DNA of 35,203 nt from a virus: positions 1 to 35,203 of the IMG/VR virus record IMGVR_UViG_3300033555_000017; one strand, given 5' to 3'. Each line of letters begins with the position of its first letter. Positions within the stretch are counted from its first letter, which is position 1. The translations under genes and the position numbers were made by a program. The notes under the pieces were generated by a model. The model had not been told where the DNA came from and made no database searches. It saw only the letters and a program-made list of their open reading frames with translations. Positions 7,506 through 15,293 of this stretch are shown here, piece after piece.

Positions 7506-9365
7506 TTATTTTCTAATAACTATGGCAGCGTTCCAAATATGCCTGCAATGTGCCTTGATGATTCCGTTATCATTCCAATACCCACCAACCATTTCAAAAA
7601 CATTATAGCCTAAAATGACTGTCATCTTTTGAATATCTTCTCTTGAATAAAACTTTCTGGCGTTAATCATACGCTCACAAAATGGGCGGGTTCTGCCGTT
7701 TGGTAAAATATCCGAACCGCTTGCATCTGCTCTTTTTTCGTATTTATACCTCACCAAAAATTTAGGTGTTTTAATATCTATTCTAGGAGGGATTGAAATT
7801 GGAGGTTTAGTTGCCGGGCTAGTTTGAGTTTGTGGCTCTGATGGTTTAAAATCAAAAGCCAAAGCAATCATTTCACTTTCATCATCCTCATTGAACGTGG
7901 CTTCCTTTGAACTCTTTACTTCATAGTTATCTTCTGATTCTCCGTGAACCTCAAACAAGCTATATAAGAAATCATCATTAATCTCATTGGCAAAGTTTGA
8001 AGAAATATCTTCTTTGATTCCGAGCATGGCAGTTACTTCTTCATCACTTAAACCAAAACCACCTTTTAACATGATTTTAGCCTGCTCTAAAGTGTAGGCT
8101 CCTGAATTGTATTTTCTTACAACTCTTTCTATTTGTTGCCCTTGCCTGCCTGTTAAGTTCTTAAGGTTTTCGTTTGCTAAGTTTTCATCTGTTACAACTG
8201 TCGTTCCGGCTGATGTTTCGTTTGGATAGTCTTTAGGGTCTATTCCCATTTTCTCTAACAACCATGCTTTTGGTGCTACTTGTAACATCGTAGCCTCTGT
8301 AAACTCAAAGCCTACCGGGTCAACATCCGTTAAATAAATCACATCCGTTATTGAATGTAAGCCGGCAAAGTAGTTGACTATTTTATTCCATTTGGCTTGC
8401 TTAAAACTTACATAAGTATTTTTAAAAATATCAAAAGCCACTCTTAACTCTTGTGAGCTTCCTAATTTTCCTTCTTGTTGGATTCCGAATAATAAAGGGT
8501 GTGTAATTTCGTGAGCCGAAAAGATATTATTAGTGATTAGGTCATCAACACCACCGAAGTTTTCTTTAGTTAAATCACTTACGCCCAAATCATCTATCGT
8601 TGGCTTTTTATTTGGATCATTATTAAACCCGATTAAAACCTTTTTACCCTCTGCACCTGTTGCTGCGTTTTCAAATCTTGAGTTAATACCCCTTTTTTCT
8701 TCTTCTGTTGGCTCACCGTTGTAAAAGTTGATAAACTTGGTTGCACTAAAGCCTGTCCTGGCATTTGTTAATACCGCTTTAGAAACCTCTACATCCGCTT
8801 CAATATAATTTATCGCTGCTATGTAACCCGGCAAAGGGTAATCGCTTGCATAAGGTGTATATTCTTTATAAGAGAAAATTGATTTAGTTTTTAAGCCAAC
8901 TTTAAAAGCCGGTAATATGGTTTCCTGCTCACCTAAATGATTTTTAAGCCACTCTTTTTTATAGTAAAATTCGGTGCAATCTTCGTTCGCTCTGATGGTT
9001 TTAAAGTCAACATGATGCATCCCGAAGTGTCCGGCATATTGTGAAGGAATCACTTCAATGTAACACCCGCCAAAAGTCTCAATGTCAGTTAAACATTGGG
9101 CCGTTAGCTTTTCAAACTTCTCAATAAATTCTGCCGTCTTTGGGTCTGTACCTTCAAACTTGTAACCACCGCCATAAATGTATTTAACCTTACCATTAAT
9201 GATTGCTCTATGCTTTGGTGATTTATTAAAAAGTTGAAGTAAATAATCAGGATAAGCGTTGTCATCCCCAAACCTCACATAAGAGGTTCCGTAATCCTTT
9301 TTAAAACTTGGAATTACACTGTCTGAAAACTTTTGAGTAACCTCTGAAAATTGATTAACCGGCAT
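7506..9365 (-). CDS. Portal protein with a MuF/minor-head-protein-like C-terminal extension
   Basis: 619 aa. The N-terminus YVRFGDDNAYPDYLLQLFNKSPKHRAIINGKVKYIYGGG and the core DYPLPGYIAAINYIEADVE...THPLLFGIQ are portal-like. After a P/T/Q-rich linker the last ~90 aa read RTRPFCERMINARKFYSREDIQKM...GGYWNDNGIIKAHCRHIW. Confidence 0.6.
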   Translation of the reverse strand: MPVNQFSEVTQKFSDSVIPSFKKDYGTSYVRFGDDNAYPDYLLQLFNKSPKHRAIINGKVKYIYGGGYKFEGTDPKTAEFIEKFEKLTAQCLTDIETFGGCYIEVIPSQYAGHFGMHHVDFKTIRANEDCTEFYYKKEWLKNHLGEQETILPAFKVGLKTKSIFSYKEYTPYASDYPLPGYIAAINYIEADVEVSKAVLTNARTGFSATKFINFYNGEPTEEEKRGINSRFENAATGAEGKKVLIGFNNDPNKKPTIDDLGVSDLTKENFGGVDDLITNNIFSAHEITHPLLFGIQQEGKLGSSQELRVAFDIFKNTYVSFKQAKWNKIVNYFAGLHSITDVIYLTDVDPVGFEFTEATMLQVAPKAWLLEKMGIDPKDYPNETSAGTTVVTDENLANENLKNLTGRQGQQIERVVRKYNSGAYTLEQAKIMLKGGFGLSDEEVTAMLGIKEDISSNFANEINDDFLYSLFEVHGESEDNYEVKSSKEATFNEDDESEMIALAFDFKPSEPQTQTSPATKPPISIPPRIDIKTPKFLVRYKYEKRADASGSDILPNGRTRPFCERMINARKFYSREDIQKMTVILGYNVFEMVGGYWNDNGIIKAHCRHIWNAAIVIRK

Positions 9366-9702
9366 ACACTTTATATGATGTGCTCACGTTGTAAGCGTTA
9401 AATTCAAAACTTGTTGATTTATTTAATTGAAGTTTCCCAACCTCAACCACTACATTAGAAACATTTTCAAAGGCGGTGTAATTCCATTGCCCTGTCTCTT
9501 GATTTAGAAATACGGTTGCTAATACGTTGAAAAGATTGAACCTATCTTTAAACCCGCTTAAATCGGCTCCCAGTTCAAAAGTCACCGTTTGCTTTGTGGT
9601 AACGTTTTCGCAAAACATTCTATAAGTTGGATTAACTAAAGTGCTTTTCTCCGTTAGTGTTAAGACTATGCTGTTTAAAACCCCTTGTATTAATGTTACC
9701 AT
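9355..9702 (-). CDS. Hypothetical virion protein
   Basis: 115-aa ORF overlapping the portal start by 11 nt, within the head module. Confidence 0.45.
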   Translation of the reverse strand: MVTLIQGVLNSIVLTLTEKSTLVNPTYRMFCENVTTKQTVTFELGADLSGFKDRFNLFNVLATVFLNQETGQWNYTAFENVSNVVVEVGKLQLNKSTSFEFNAYNVSTSYKVYAG

Positions 9703-9708
9703 AACTTT

Positions 9709-9738
9709 AAAAAAAAAGCCTATACAATCGCATAGGCT
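9709..9738 (-). terminator. Rho-independent terminator after the 173-aa structural gene
   Basis: The minus-strand RNA reads AGCCUAU-8 nt loop-AUAGGCU followed by nine U (plus-strand A-run 9709..9717). Confidence 0.65.
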
Positions 9739-9761
9739 CCCGAATTATAAACTAACCAAAC

Positions 9762-10283
9762 TTAAACCCCTGCAACCGTTAATGATGTTAATGCTGCTGC
9801 ACTTAAGAAAACAGCAAAAGTCTTTTCGTCAGATTCAAATGCCAACTCATATCCGTTTCTGTCTAAACCTGCAACACCTGTTTTAGCACTTGCGCTCATG
9901 AGTGACATTCCGAAATCTCTACCGTATAGATATGCTGAACCATTGTTATCTTCAACAACTATGTACAGTCTGTTTTGAGCTAACAATAAGATTTCATTTC
10001 TAACCGCTACGGTCATTTTGTTTAAAGGAAACTTAACCGCCTGCTTAACCATAAATGTGGCATTCGCTTTATTTGTGGATAGGTTTTCGTCTCCTTCACC
10101 TACATTAGCTTCAATGTTATACTTGTAAAATAGCTTAGTAGCTACCTTAGCGATTACCGTTGCCGTTCCTGCCGTTTCCGTAATTGATAGAACATTTGCT
10201 CTTTCAATTAAATAAATCGCCTTAACGCCTCCAAAGCTATCCTTGCAATCTAAATTGTAACCCTGGGTTAATACACATGGCAT
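9762..10283 (-). CDS. Abundant virion protein candidate (tail tube or head decoration; undecided)
   Basis: 173 aa directly after the major capsid gene. It is bracketed by two hairpins, the downstream one being a strong terminator. Confidence 0.35.
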   Translation of the reverse strand: MPCVLTQGYNLDCKDSFGGVKAIYLIERANVLSITETAGTATVIAKVATKLFYKYNIEANVGEGDENLSTNKANATFMVKQAVKFPLNKMTVAVRNEILLLAQNRLYIVVEDNNGSAYLYGRDFGMSLMSASAKTGVAGLDRNGYELAFESDEKTFAVFLSAAALTSLTVAGV

Positions 10284-10305
10284 ATTATTATATTTTTAAA
10301 AGGTT

Positions 10306-10328
10306 AAAGCCGGCGTTAACCGGCCTTT
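10306..10328 (-). terminator. GC-rich stem-loop after the major capsid gene (partial terminator or RNA stabiliser)
   Basis: The minus-strand RNA reads AAAGGCCGG-UUAACG-CCGGCUUU, starting 4 nt after the capsid stop. The downstream tract is only weakly U-rich. Confidence 0.4.
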
Positions 10329-10331
10329 AAA

Positions 10332-11357
10332 TTATCCTACGTATAACACGTTAAATTTCTGATTTGCTACGTGAGCCGCAACTGTCATGTTTGCTTTGAT
10401 AAACATGTCCTCTCTGTTGTTTGCAATCTTATCAATCTGTAAAAGGTTGATATCAGAAGCTAAATCAGTACACCAAATGATGTGCATTTTAGGTGAAGCA
10501 ATCAAAACGTTTTCTGGTAATGGCACAAACTTTATTTCAATACCGTTAAAGTAGTATTGAGATTTATCAGCACTTACAGAAAACGCCAACTTAAAGTTAG
10601 ATGGGTTATTGTCGTAAATGTTAATGAATTGCTTGTGTGATTGTGGAGCGTAAATGTACACCTCACCAACTGGAGCTGCTAAAACTACTGGCGGGATTAC
10701 AGAGTAGATTTTATCATACTCAGCTTTCACATTTGCTGCGTTGATAGAAGTTCCAACTACCTTTACCCTTGCACCAACACCCGCTGTACCTGTTGCGTTT
10801 GATGAGTTGTAAATCATCTTTTGAACAACACCATCAAATAAACCCGCTGTGGTTGCTGCAACTAATGCTTGCTCTGCTGCTCCAACTGATGTGTTTGGCA
10901 AGCCTGCCACTAAAGCCGCAACTGCTGTTTTGGTTGCTGGTAAAGCATTAGACCAAAACTTTGATTCAATATCAAAAGATATTTTCTTAGCATAAACACC
11001 ACCCACTAAAATTCTTTCAAATTCTGTTGACATGATATTCCATGCGCCAGGCTTCATGTCACGCTTGAAACGTGAGAAACGCAAAGCATTTGGGTCAAAC
11101 TCTTGATAGTATTGAAACTTAGCTGGAGTAACCAAAGTATCAAAAGCATCTAAAGAACCTGCACTTGTTGGCGCACCTGATGTGTAAGCTTGCATTGTTA
11201 CCGTTGCACCTGTCTCGGTGAAAATGGTTTCTGCTTTTACTTCATCTTCAAAGGTTACTAAACCTTCTGAAACCGTTTTGTTCTCGAATACTAATTCTTC
11301 AATAACTGGCTCGGCTGCCTTGCCTCTGATGGCTACTACGTTGTAATTTATTGGCAT
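10332..11357 (-). CDS. Major capsid protein (HK97-fold type)
   Basis: 341 aa, following the protease and scaffold. The composition and length are typical of HK97-like capsid proteins, and a hairpin follows. Confidence 0.7.
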   Translation of the reverse strand: MPINYNVVAIRGKAAEPVIEELVFENKTVSEGLVTFEDEVKAETIFTETGATVTMQAYTSGAPTSAGSLDAFDTLVTPAKFQYYQEFDPNALRFSRFKRDMKPGAWNIMSTEFERILVGGVYAKKISFDIESKFWSNALPATKTAVAALVAGLPNTSVGAAEQALVAATTAGLFDGVVQKMIYNSSNATGTAGVGARVKVVGTSINAANVKAEYDKIYSVIPPVVLAAPVGEVYIYAPQSHKQFINIYDNNPSNFKLAFSVSADKSQYYFNGIEIKFVPLPENVLIASPKMHIIWCTDLASDINLLQIDKIANNREDMFIKANMTVAAHVANQKFNVLYVG

Positions 11358-11358
11358 C

Positions 11359-11523
11359 TTATTTATTTTTTAAATTTTTAAATTCTTTAATTTCTTCTAT
11401 CTCATTCGGGAACCTCTTTTGTAAGTGCTCCAAAATCGCCTGACTTAAATTATCTTTTGATGTGAACGATGCACATCCATCACCATAAGCTTTAATTGAT
11501 TTGCCTTCTTTTATTTTAAGCAT
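11359..11523 (-). CDS. Small hypothetical protein (54 aa) between the scaffold and capsid genes
   Basis: Not in the track because it is under 60 aa. Its ATG overlaps the scaffold stop (ATGCTTAA), and its stop TAA lies 1 nt before the capsid ATG. Translation: MLKIKEGKSIKAYGDGCASFTSKDNLSQAILEHLQKRFPNEIEEIKEFKNLKNK. Confidence 0.45.
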   Translation of the reverse strand: MLKIKEGKSIKAYGDGCASFTSKDNLSQAILEHLQKRFPNEIEEIKEFKNLKNK

Positions 11524-12040
11524 TTTTTTGAGCTCTAAATTTTTGCAATGGTGTTAACGAATCAAAATCAACTACCTTTTTAATCGGAGCTTCCACTTCA
11601 AACTTTAAGATCGTGTCTAAAACATCAATCGTTTTTTTGTTCGCCTCGGCTTGTACTTTAGTTTGTGCGCTAAACTTTGAAAGGATTTCTGTTTTGAAAT
11701 TCTCAAAGTCTGATTTCAACATGTAGTCCTTTTGCGCTTCTAATGGTTCAACCTCTTTTGTTTTGATAGCTGTAATTAAACCACCTAACGTTGAAATTAT
11801 AGTTCCATCCTCTAAAGTGTGGTCACCATCTGGCGCTGGTAAATCAGCAACCATAACTTTACCACCTTCGCCCAAATTGTCAATCTTCACCGTAGTTCCG
11901 TCTACTAATTTGTATTCAACTAGTTCTAAAGCCACTGCAGAAGCTGCAGGAGCAACAGGTGCTATCGGTGCAGACTCATCACCAAATAATAATTTTTTGA
12001 TTTGTTCTAAACCTTCTTTTGCTGATACTTTTAAATCCAT
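11516..12040 (-). CDS. Scaffolding protein candidate
   Basis: 174 aa, acidic, with an A/P-rich linker, a DGT..V...G..V repeat-like core and a helical C-terminus. It lies between the XkdF-type protease and the capsid gene. Confidence 0.45.
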   Translation of the reverse strand: MDLKVSAKEGLEQIKKLLFGDESAPIAPVAPAASAVALELVEYKLVDGTTVKIDNLGEGGKVMVADLPAPDGDHTLEDGTIISTLGGLITAIKTKEVEPLEAQKDYMLKSDFENFKTEILSKFSAQTKVQAEANKKTIDVLDTILKFEVEAPIKKVVDFDSLTPLQKFRAQKNA

Positions 12041-12687
12041 TATTCTATATTATTTAATATTTGTAAAATCTGTTCGAATGCTTTTTGCTCGCTCATTTTC
12101 TCTTTTTGATACTTGAATAAGCCCTCAACTGAAAATCCTTTAATTTCACCGTTCTTAATCTTAGCCCACACTTCATTGTTGTTTACCTTTGCGCTTAAGA
12201 ACCAGCTTCCATTTGGAGCGTCCTCATATCCTGCCATTGGTTTAATCCCTCTCTTATCATCTACAATAAAGGATTCAAAAACAAATACATCTTCTGCTTT
12301 TAAATTCGGGTCATGCATCAAATTAAATTGGTTGTGTAAACCTTTGCTGAAAAACTTTTGCGCTATGGATAGAATGGTGCTTGCTCTGAATACTACCAAA
12401 TGCTCTGGCATATTCTTATCAGCGTTTCTGTATATAGGCTTGTCGGCTATCATTGCCGGACCTGATATAATTCTCATTTCTTCATTAGTAGCAAAGCATT
12501 GCTTTTCATCCTTAAATGCAAGAAAGTTTTTCTCAATAGCTGGTTTATCAACTAAAGAAACCACGTCAACCATCAAAGAACTATCTTCACTTTCAGAAAT
12601 AAGCAATTCAAATACTGGAAGCTCCATACTACCTAATGGAAATAAGTTTGCTTTTATCGCATTTAAAAAATAAAATGTTGAAAACAT
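12040..12687 (-). CDS. Prohead serine protease, XkdF-like family
   Basis: The pattern VSLVDKPAIEKNFLAFK ... ISGPAMIADKPIYR ... FNLMHD ... GSWFLSAKVNNNEVWAKIKNGEIKGFSVEGLF matches the XkdF-type phage protease family. The likely true start is the internal MELPVFELL at 12627. Confidence 0.7.
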   Translation of the reverse strand: MFSTFYFLNAIKANLFPLGSMELPVFELLISESEDSSLMVDVVSLVDKPAIEKNFLAFKDEKQCFATNEEMRIISGPAMIADKPIYRNADKNMPEHLVVFRASTILSIAQKFFSKGLHNQFNLMHDPNLKAEDVFVFESFIVDDKRGIKPMAGYEDAPNGSWFLSAKVNNNEVWAKIKNGEIKGFSVEGLFKYQKEKMSEQKAFEQILQILNNIE

Positions 12688-12694
12688 TTGGTAG

Positions 12695-12712
12695 TGTCGT
12701 TATTTGTCGTTA
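12695..12712 (+). promoter_or_regulatory. Direct repeat TGTCGTTA x2 with 10-bp register (operator candidate upstream of the RHH gene)
   Basis: TGTCGTTA occurs at 12695..12702 and 12705..12712, 11 nt upstream of the RHH ATG. Both copies are inside the 35-bp divergent spacer. Confidence 0.4.
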
Positions 12713-12722
12713 GTATTGTTCT

Positions 12723-12872
12723 ATGGAAAAAGTAAGAATAAACGCTAGGGTTGATTCAGATACGATTGAAAAAATTAATCAACTGGCGATTGAGCAAAAC
12801 AGAACTAAATCAGGGATGATATCTCATATTTTAAACGAGTATGTAAAGAACTTAAATAACCAAATAAAATAA
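12723..12872 (+). CDS. Ribbon-helix-helix (CopG/Arc-like) DNA-binding protein, 49 aa
   Basis: Not in the track because it is under 60 aa. MEKVRINARVDSDTIEKINQLAIEQNRTKSGMISHILNEYVKNLNNQIK shows the classic RHH beta-strand, helix, G-x-S/T turn and second helix. The stop lies 5 nt before the next ATG. Confidence 0.65.
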   Translation: MEKVRINARVDSDTIEKINQLAIEQNRTKSGMISHILNEYVKNLNNQIK

Positions 12873-12877
12873 ATATC

Positions 12878-13105
12878 ATGGAAGAAAAAGAATATTATAA
12901 CAAGGTTGATGAAATAGTTGCTAAGTTTAAAAATGGTAATAATCTTTACCATCGATCAACAACATTTAATAGAGTAGTTCAAATGCTTGTAAGAGGAGCA
13001 GACCATTTCGAAGTAATTGCGCAACTAATAACAATTACTGATGATACGCAAAAAGCGTTTGAACAGTATGTTCTTAGAGACACAAGAACTATTGAAAACC
13101 ACTAA
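12878..13105 (+). CDS. Hypothetical helical protein (75 aa), second gene of the plus-strand cassette
   Basis: ORF tightly coupled to the RHH gene. No motif was recognised. Confidence 0.5.
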   Translation: MEEKEYYNKVDEIVAKFKNGNNLYHRSTTFNRVVQMLVRGADHFEVIAQLITITDDTQKAFEQYVLRDTRTIENH

Positions 13106-13134
13106 TTAATTTAAAACTTAACTATATTTAACTC

Positions 13135-13494
13135 ATGAAACGAATTATCCTAATCATTTTCTTAGCATTCGCATTTGTAGGATGTGAGAAATCAGAAACC
13201 GCAACTAAAGCAGTCGTTGCTTTAATCCCAAAAGTTAACTTACATGCCTACGATACTCAATACATGGCAGGACGAAATCAGTTCTTTATGGAAATATCAA
13301 TGGAGAATATTCAGAATGTTGCAATGGTTGAATTAACCACCGTTGGCTTTGTTCATGAACTCCCTTTAAAAACTGAAAAGCAAATTGTTTGGGTTGCCGC
13401 TTTGCAGGATTCCCAAAGGTTAAGAGGTGTCTGGAAATTCACAATGAAAACTGGAAGCCCTATTTATTCAGAACCTTTTGATGTTCAATATTAA
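13135..13494 (+). CDS. Lipoprotein (superinfection-exclusion or lysogenic-conversion candidate)
   Basis: The signal peptide with lipobox is MKRIILIIFLAFAFVGC. Acidic residues follow the Cys (CEKSE), as in Bacteroidota surface-export signals. It is 119 aa and shares a TTAA stop overlap with the converging gene. Confidence 0.6.
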   Translation: MKRIILIIFLAFAFVGCEKSETATKAVVALIPKVNLHAYDTQYMAGRNQFFMEISMENIQNVAMVELTTVGFVHELPLKTEKQIVWVAALQDSQRLRGVWKFTMKTGSPIYSEPFDVQY

Positions 13495-15293
13495 ATTCTA
13501 GCTGCCCTCTGAATCCTTGCTTGTCTTTCTTGGCTGTTTTTAATATCGCTATCTAAAACAAAGGTTCTACTTGTACCACCTTGTGAAGCCTGCCCAACAC
13601 CTTGAATGCTTTTTGCATCTAATGTTGTATTAGTTTGCATTGGAGTTGGTGCTAAAGGTGCTGTTGATGTTGATAAACTTGGAGCTGAACCACCACCGCC
13701 ACCGCCTGGAACTTGAACCGCTATTATCTTTTTAACATTTGCAAAAGCAGAAGCTGCAACCGCTACTGTACTAGCTATTTTAATCCCTGTTCCAAAAGGC
13801 TCTGGATAAATATTCTTTGCTCTCCATACCTCCGAGATACCTAAATAAGCATTAATAGAAGCCTGAGCAATTGCAAGCGTTTTGCCTGCTGCGGTTTGCT
13901 TTCCTAGCATGTCTGAAAACGTACCCAAAACATTTGCCGTTGCAGAAAGTAATTCTATTTTAGCCTGCAATGCTAACTTTTCAATTAAAGTAAGTTTTTC
14001 ACTATTTGCCTTTTTTTCTTCAAACTGTGTCTGTAAAGTCTTTCCTCTTTCAACTTCAGCATTTACACCTTCCTGTCTTATCTTTTCTTCTTCGGCTGCG
14101 AAAAATTGGTCAAAACCTAAACCCAGTTCTTGGATTGCCTTTTGGTCAAACTCTGATTTAGTGCCTTTATCAATTACACTTTTAAAATATAATTCGTTAG
14201 CAGCCTTTATTTTTTCAAGAGCCGTTAATTCATTCGCTACTTTTTCTTCCGATCTCTTTTTACTAGCTGCTGCTGATTTTTCTTCTAACGTATTCTGTTT
14301 TTCAATAGCTGAATCTTCTAAAACATACTTTCTATTTAAAGCTTTTTCCCTTGTTCCTATGCTTTCGTTTTCTAAGTTTTCTTTATTAGCTAGCTTTTGA
14401 GCTAAATTATCAATGTCGGCTTGGTTTAACCTTTTGCTATCTTTTAAAAATATAGCATAATCAACACCCTGCTCTTTTAATTGTATTGCCTGCTCTTTTG
14501 TGAAATCCTTACCTGCGATAAGTTTTAACCTTGCAGCTTTCAACTCCTTATCTGCTATGTTCTTTCTTTCTAAATAAGCTTTATTTTCAACACTCAAAGC
14601 TCCATCAATTAATGCAACTCTTTCAGCTTCTGTTTTAGTTCTGTCTTTTGACAAAAGCAATAATTCATTTATCTGCTTGTTGTACTTGGATTGATTAACA
14701 ACTGACTTTGTTATTAAATCTTCTAAATCTTGTTGAATTTTAGTGTAAGCTATAGCCTCTGCCGCTGCTCCTTTTATCGATTTACCTAAACCGCTAAATA
14801 CATTTCCTAAACTTTTAGCTCCTGTAACTAAAGCTAAAACGCCCTCCAATAAAACGTCAAACACCGCCTTAACAGCATTGAACCCTTGCTCTAAAGCATC
14901 CATAACAGGATCAAACTTCTTTAATACTGTGAACAGTAAAGCAAAAGCACCAACAATCACCGCTATAACTGCACCAATAGGATTGGCTACCAATAACCAA
15001 AGCTGTTTCCCTAATCCTGCTGCACCTGTTGCTGCTCCGTTTAGTCCTGGTGCCAAACCAGCAAGCCCTTGTTTCAATCCCCCTAATGCTCCGGTTTGTT
15101 TTCCTGTTGCGTTTGATAACTCACCTGTGGATTTCTTTAGATTCTCTTGTGCCGCTTTATATTCCTTTGAACCGATGGAAGCATTATCCATTGCTTTTTT
15201 AGAATCGTTTATCTCCTTCTTTAAATCTGAAATAGACTTAGTAGAGTTTCCCGGATCTACTGAAATTTTACCTACTATATTTACATCTGCCAT
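13491..15293 (-). CDS. Tape-measure-like or internal ejection protein (coiled coil with TM helices)
   Basis: 600 aa. A hydrophobic block (LWLLVANPIGAVIAVIVGAFALLFTVL) is followed by long K/E/A/L-rich helical segments, a GGGGGG linker and a basic C-terminus. Confidence 0.45.
   Translation of the reverse strand: MADVNIVGKISVDPGNSTKSISDLKKEINDSKKAMDNASIGSKEYKAAQENLKKSTGELSNATGKQTGALGGLKQGLAGLAPGLNGAATGAAGLGKQLWLLVANPIGAVIAVIVGAFALLFTVLKKFDPVMDALEQGFNAVKAVFDVLLEGVLALVTGAKSLGNVFSGLGKSIKGAAAEAIAYTKIQQDLEDLITKSVVNQSKYNKQINELLLLSKDRTKTEAERVALIDGALSVENKAYLERKNIADKELKAARLKLIAGKDFTKEQAIQLKEQGVDYAIFLKDSKRLNQADIDNLAQKLANKENLENESIGTREKALNRKYVLEDSAIEKQNTLEEKSAAASKKRSEEKVANELTALEKIKAANELYFKSVIDKGTKSEFDQKAIQELGLGFDQFFAAEEEKIRQEGVNAEVERGKTLQTQFEEKKANSEKLTLIEKLALQAKIELLSATANVLGTFSDMLGKQTAAGKTLAIAQASINAYLGISEVWRAKNIYPEPFGTGIKIASTVAVAASAFANVKKIIAVQVPGGGGGGSAPSLSTSTAPLAPTPMQTNTTLDAKSIQGVGQASQGGTSRTFVLDSDIKNSQERQARIQRAARI

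Noticed and set aside
12113-12673. A 186-aa plus-strand ORF, together with similar long antisense ORFs at 11763..12116, 13882..14400 and 14878..15309.
   Set aside because: They lie entirely antisense to genes with clear family signatures or strong coding character (XkdF protease, scaffold, tape-measure-like). Their translations are low-complexity and S/F/L/C-rich, which is typical of shadow frames.
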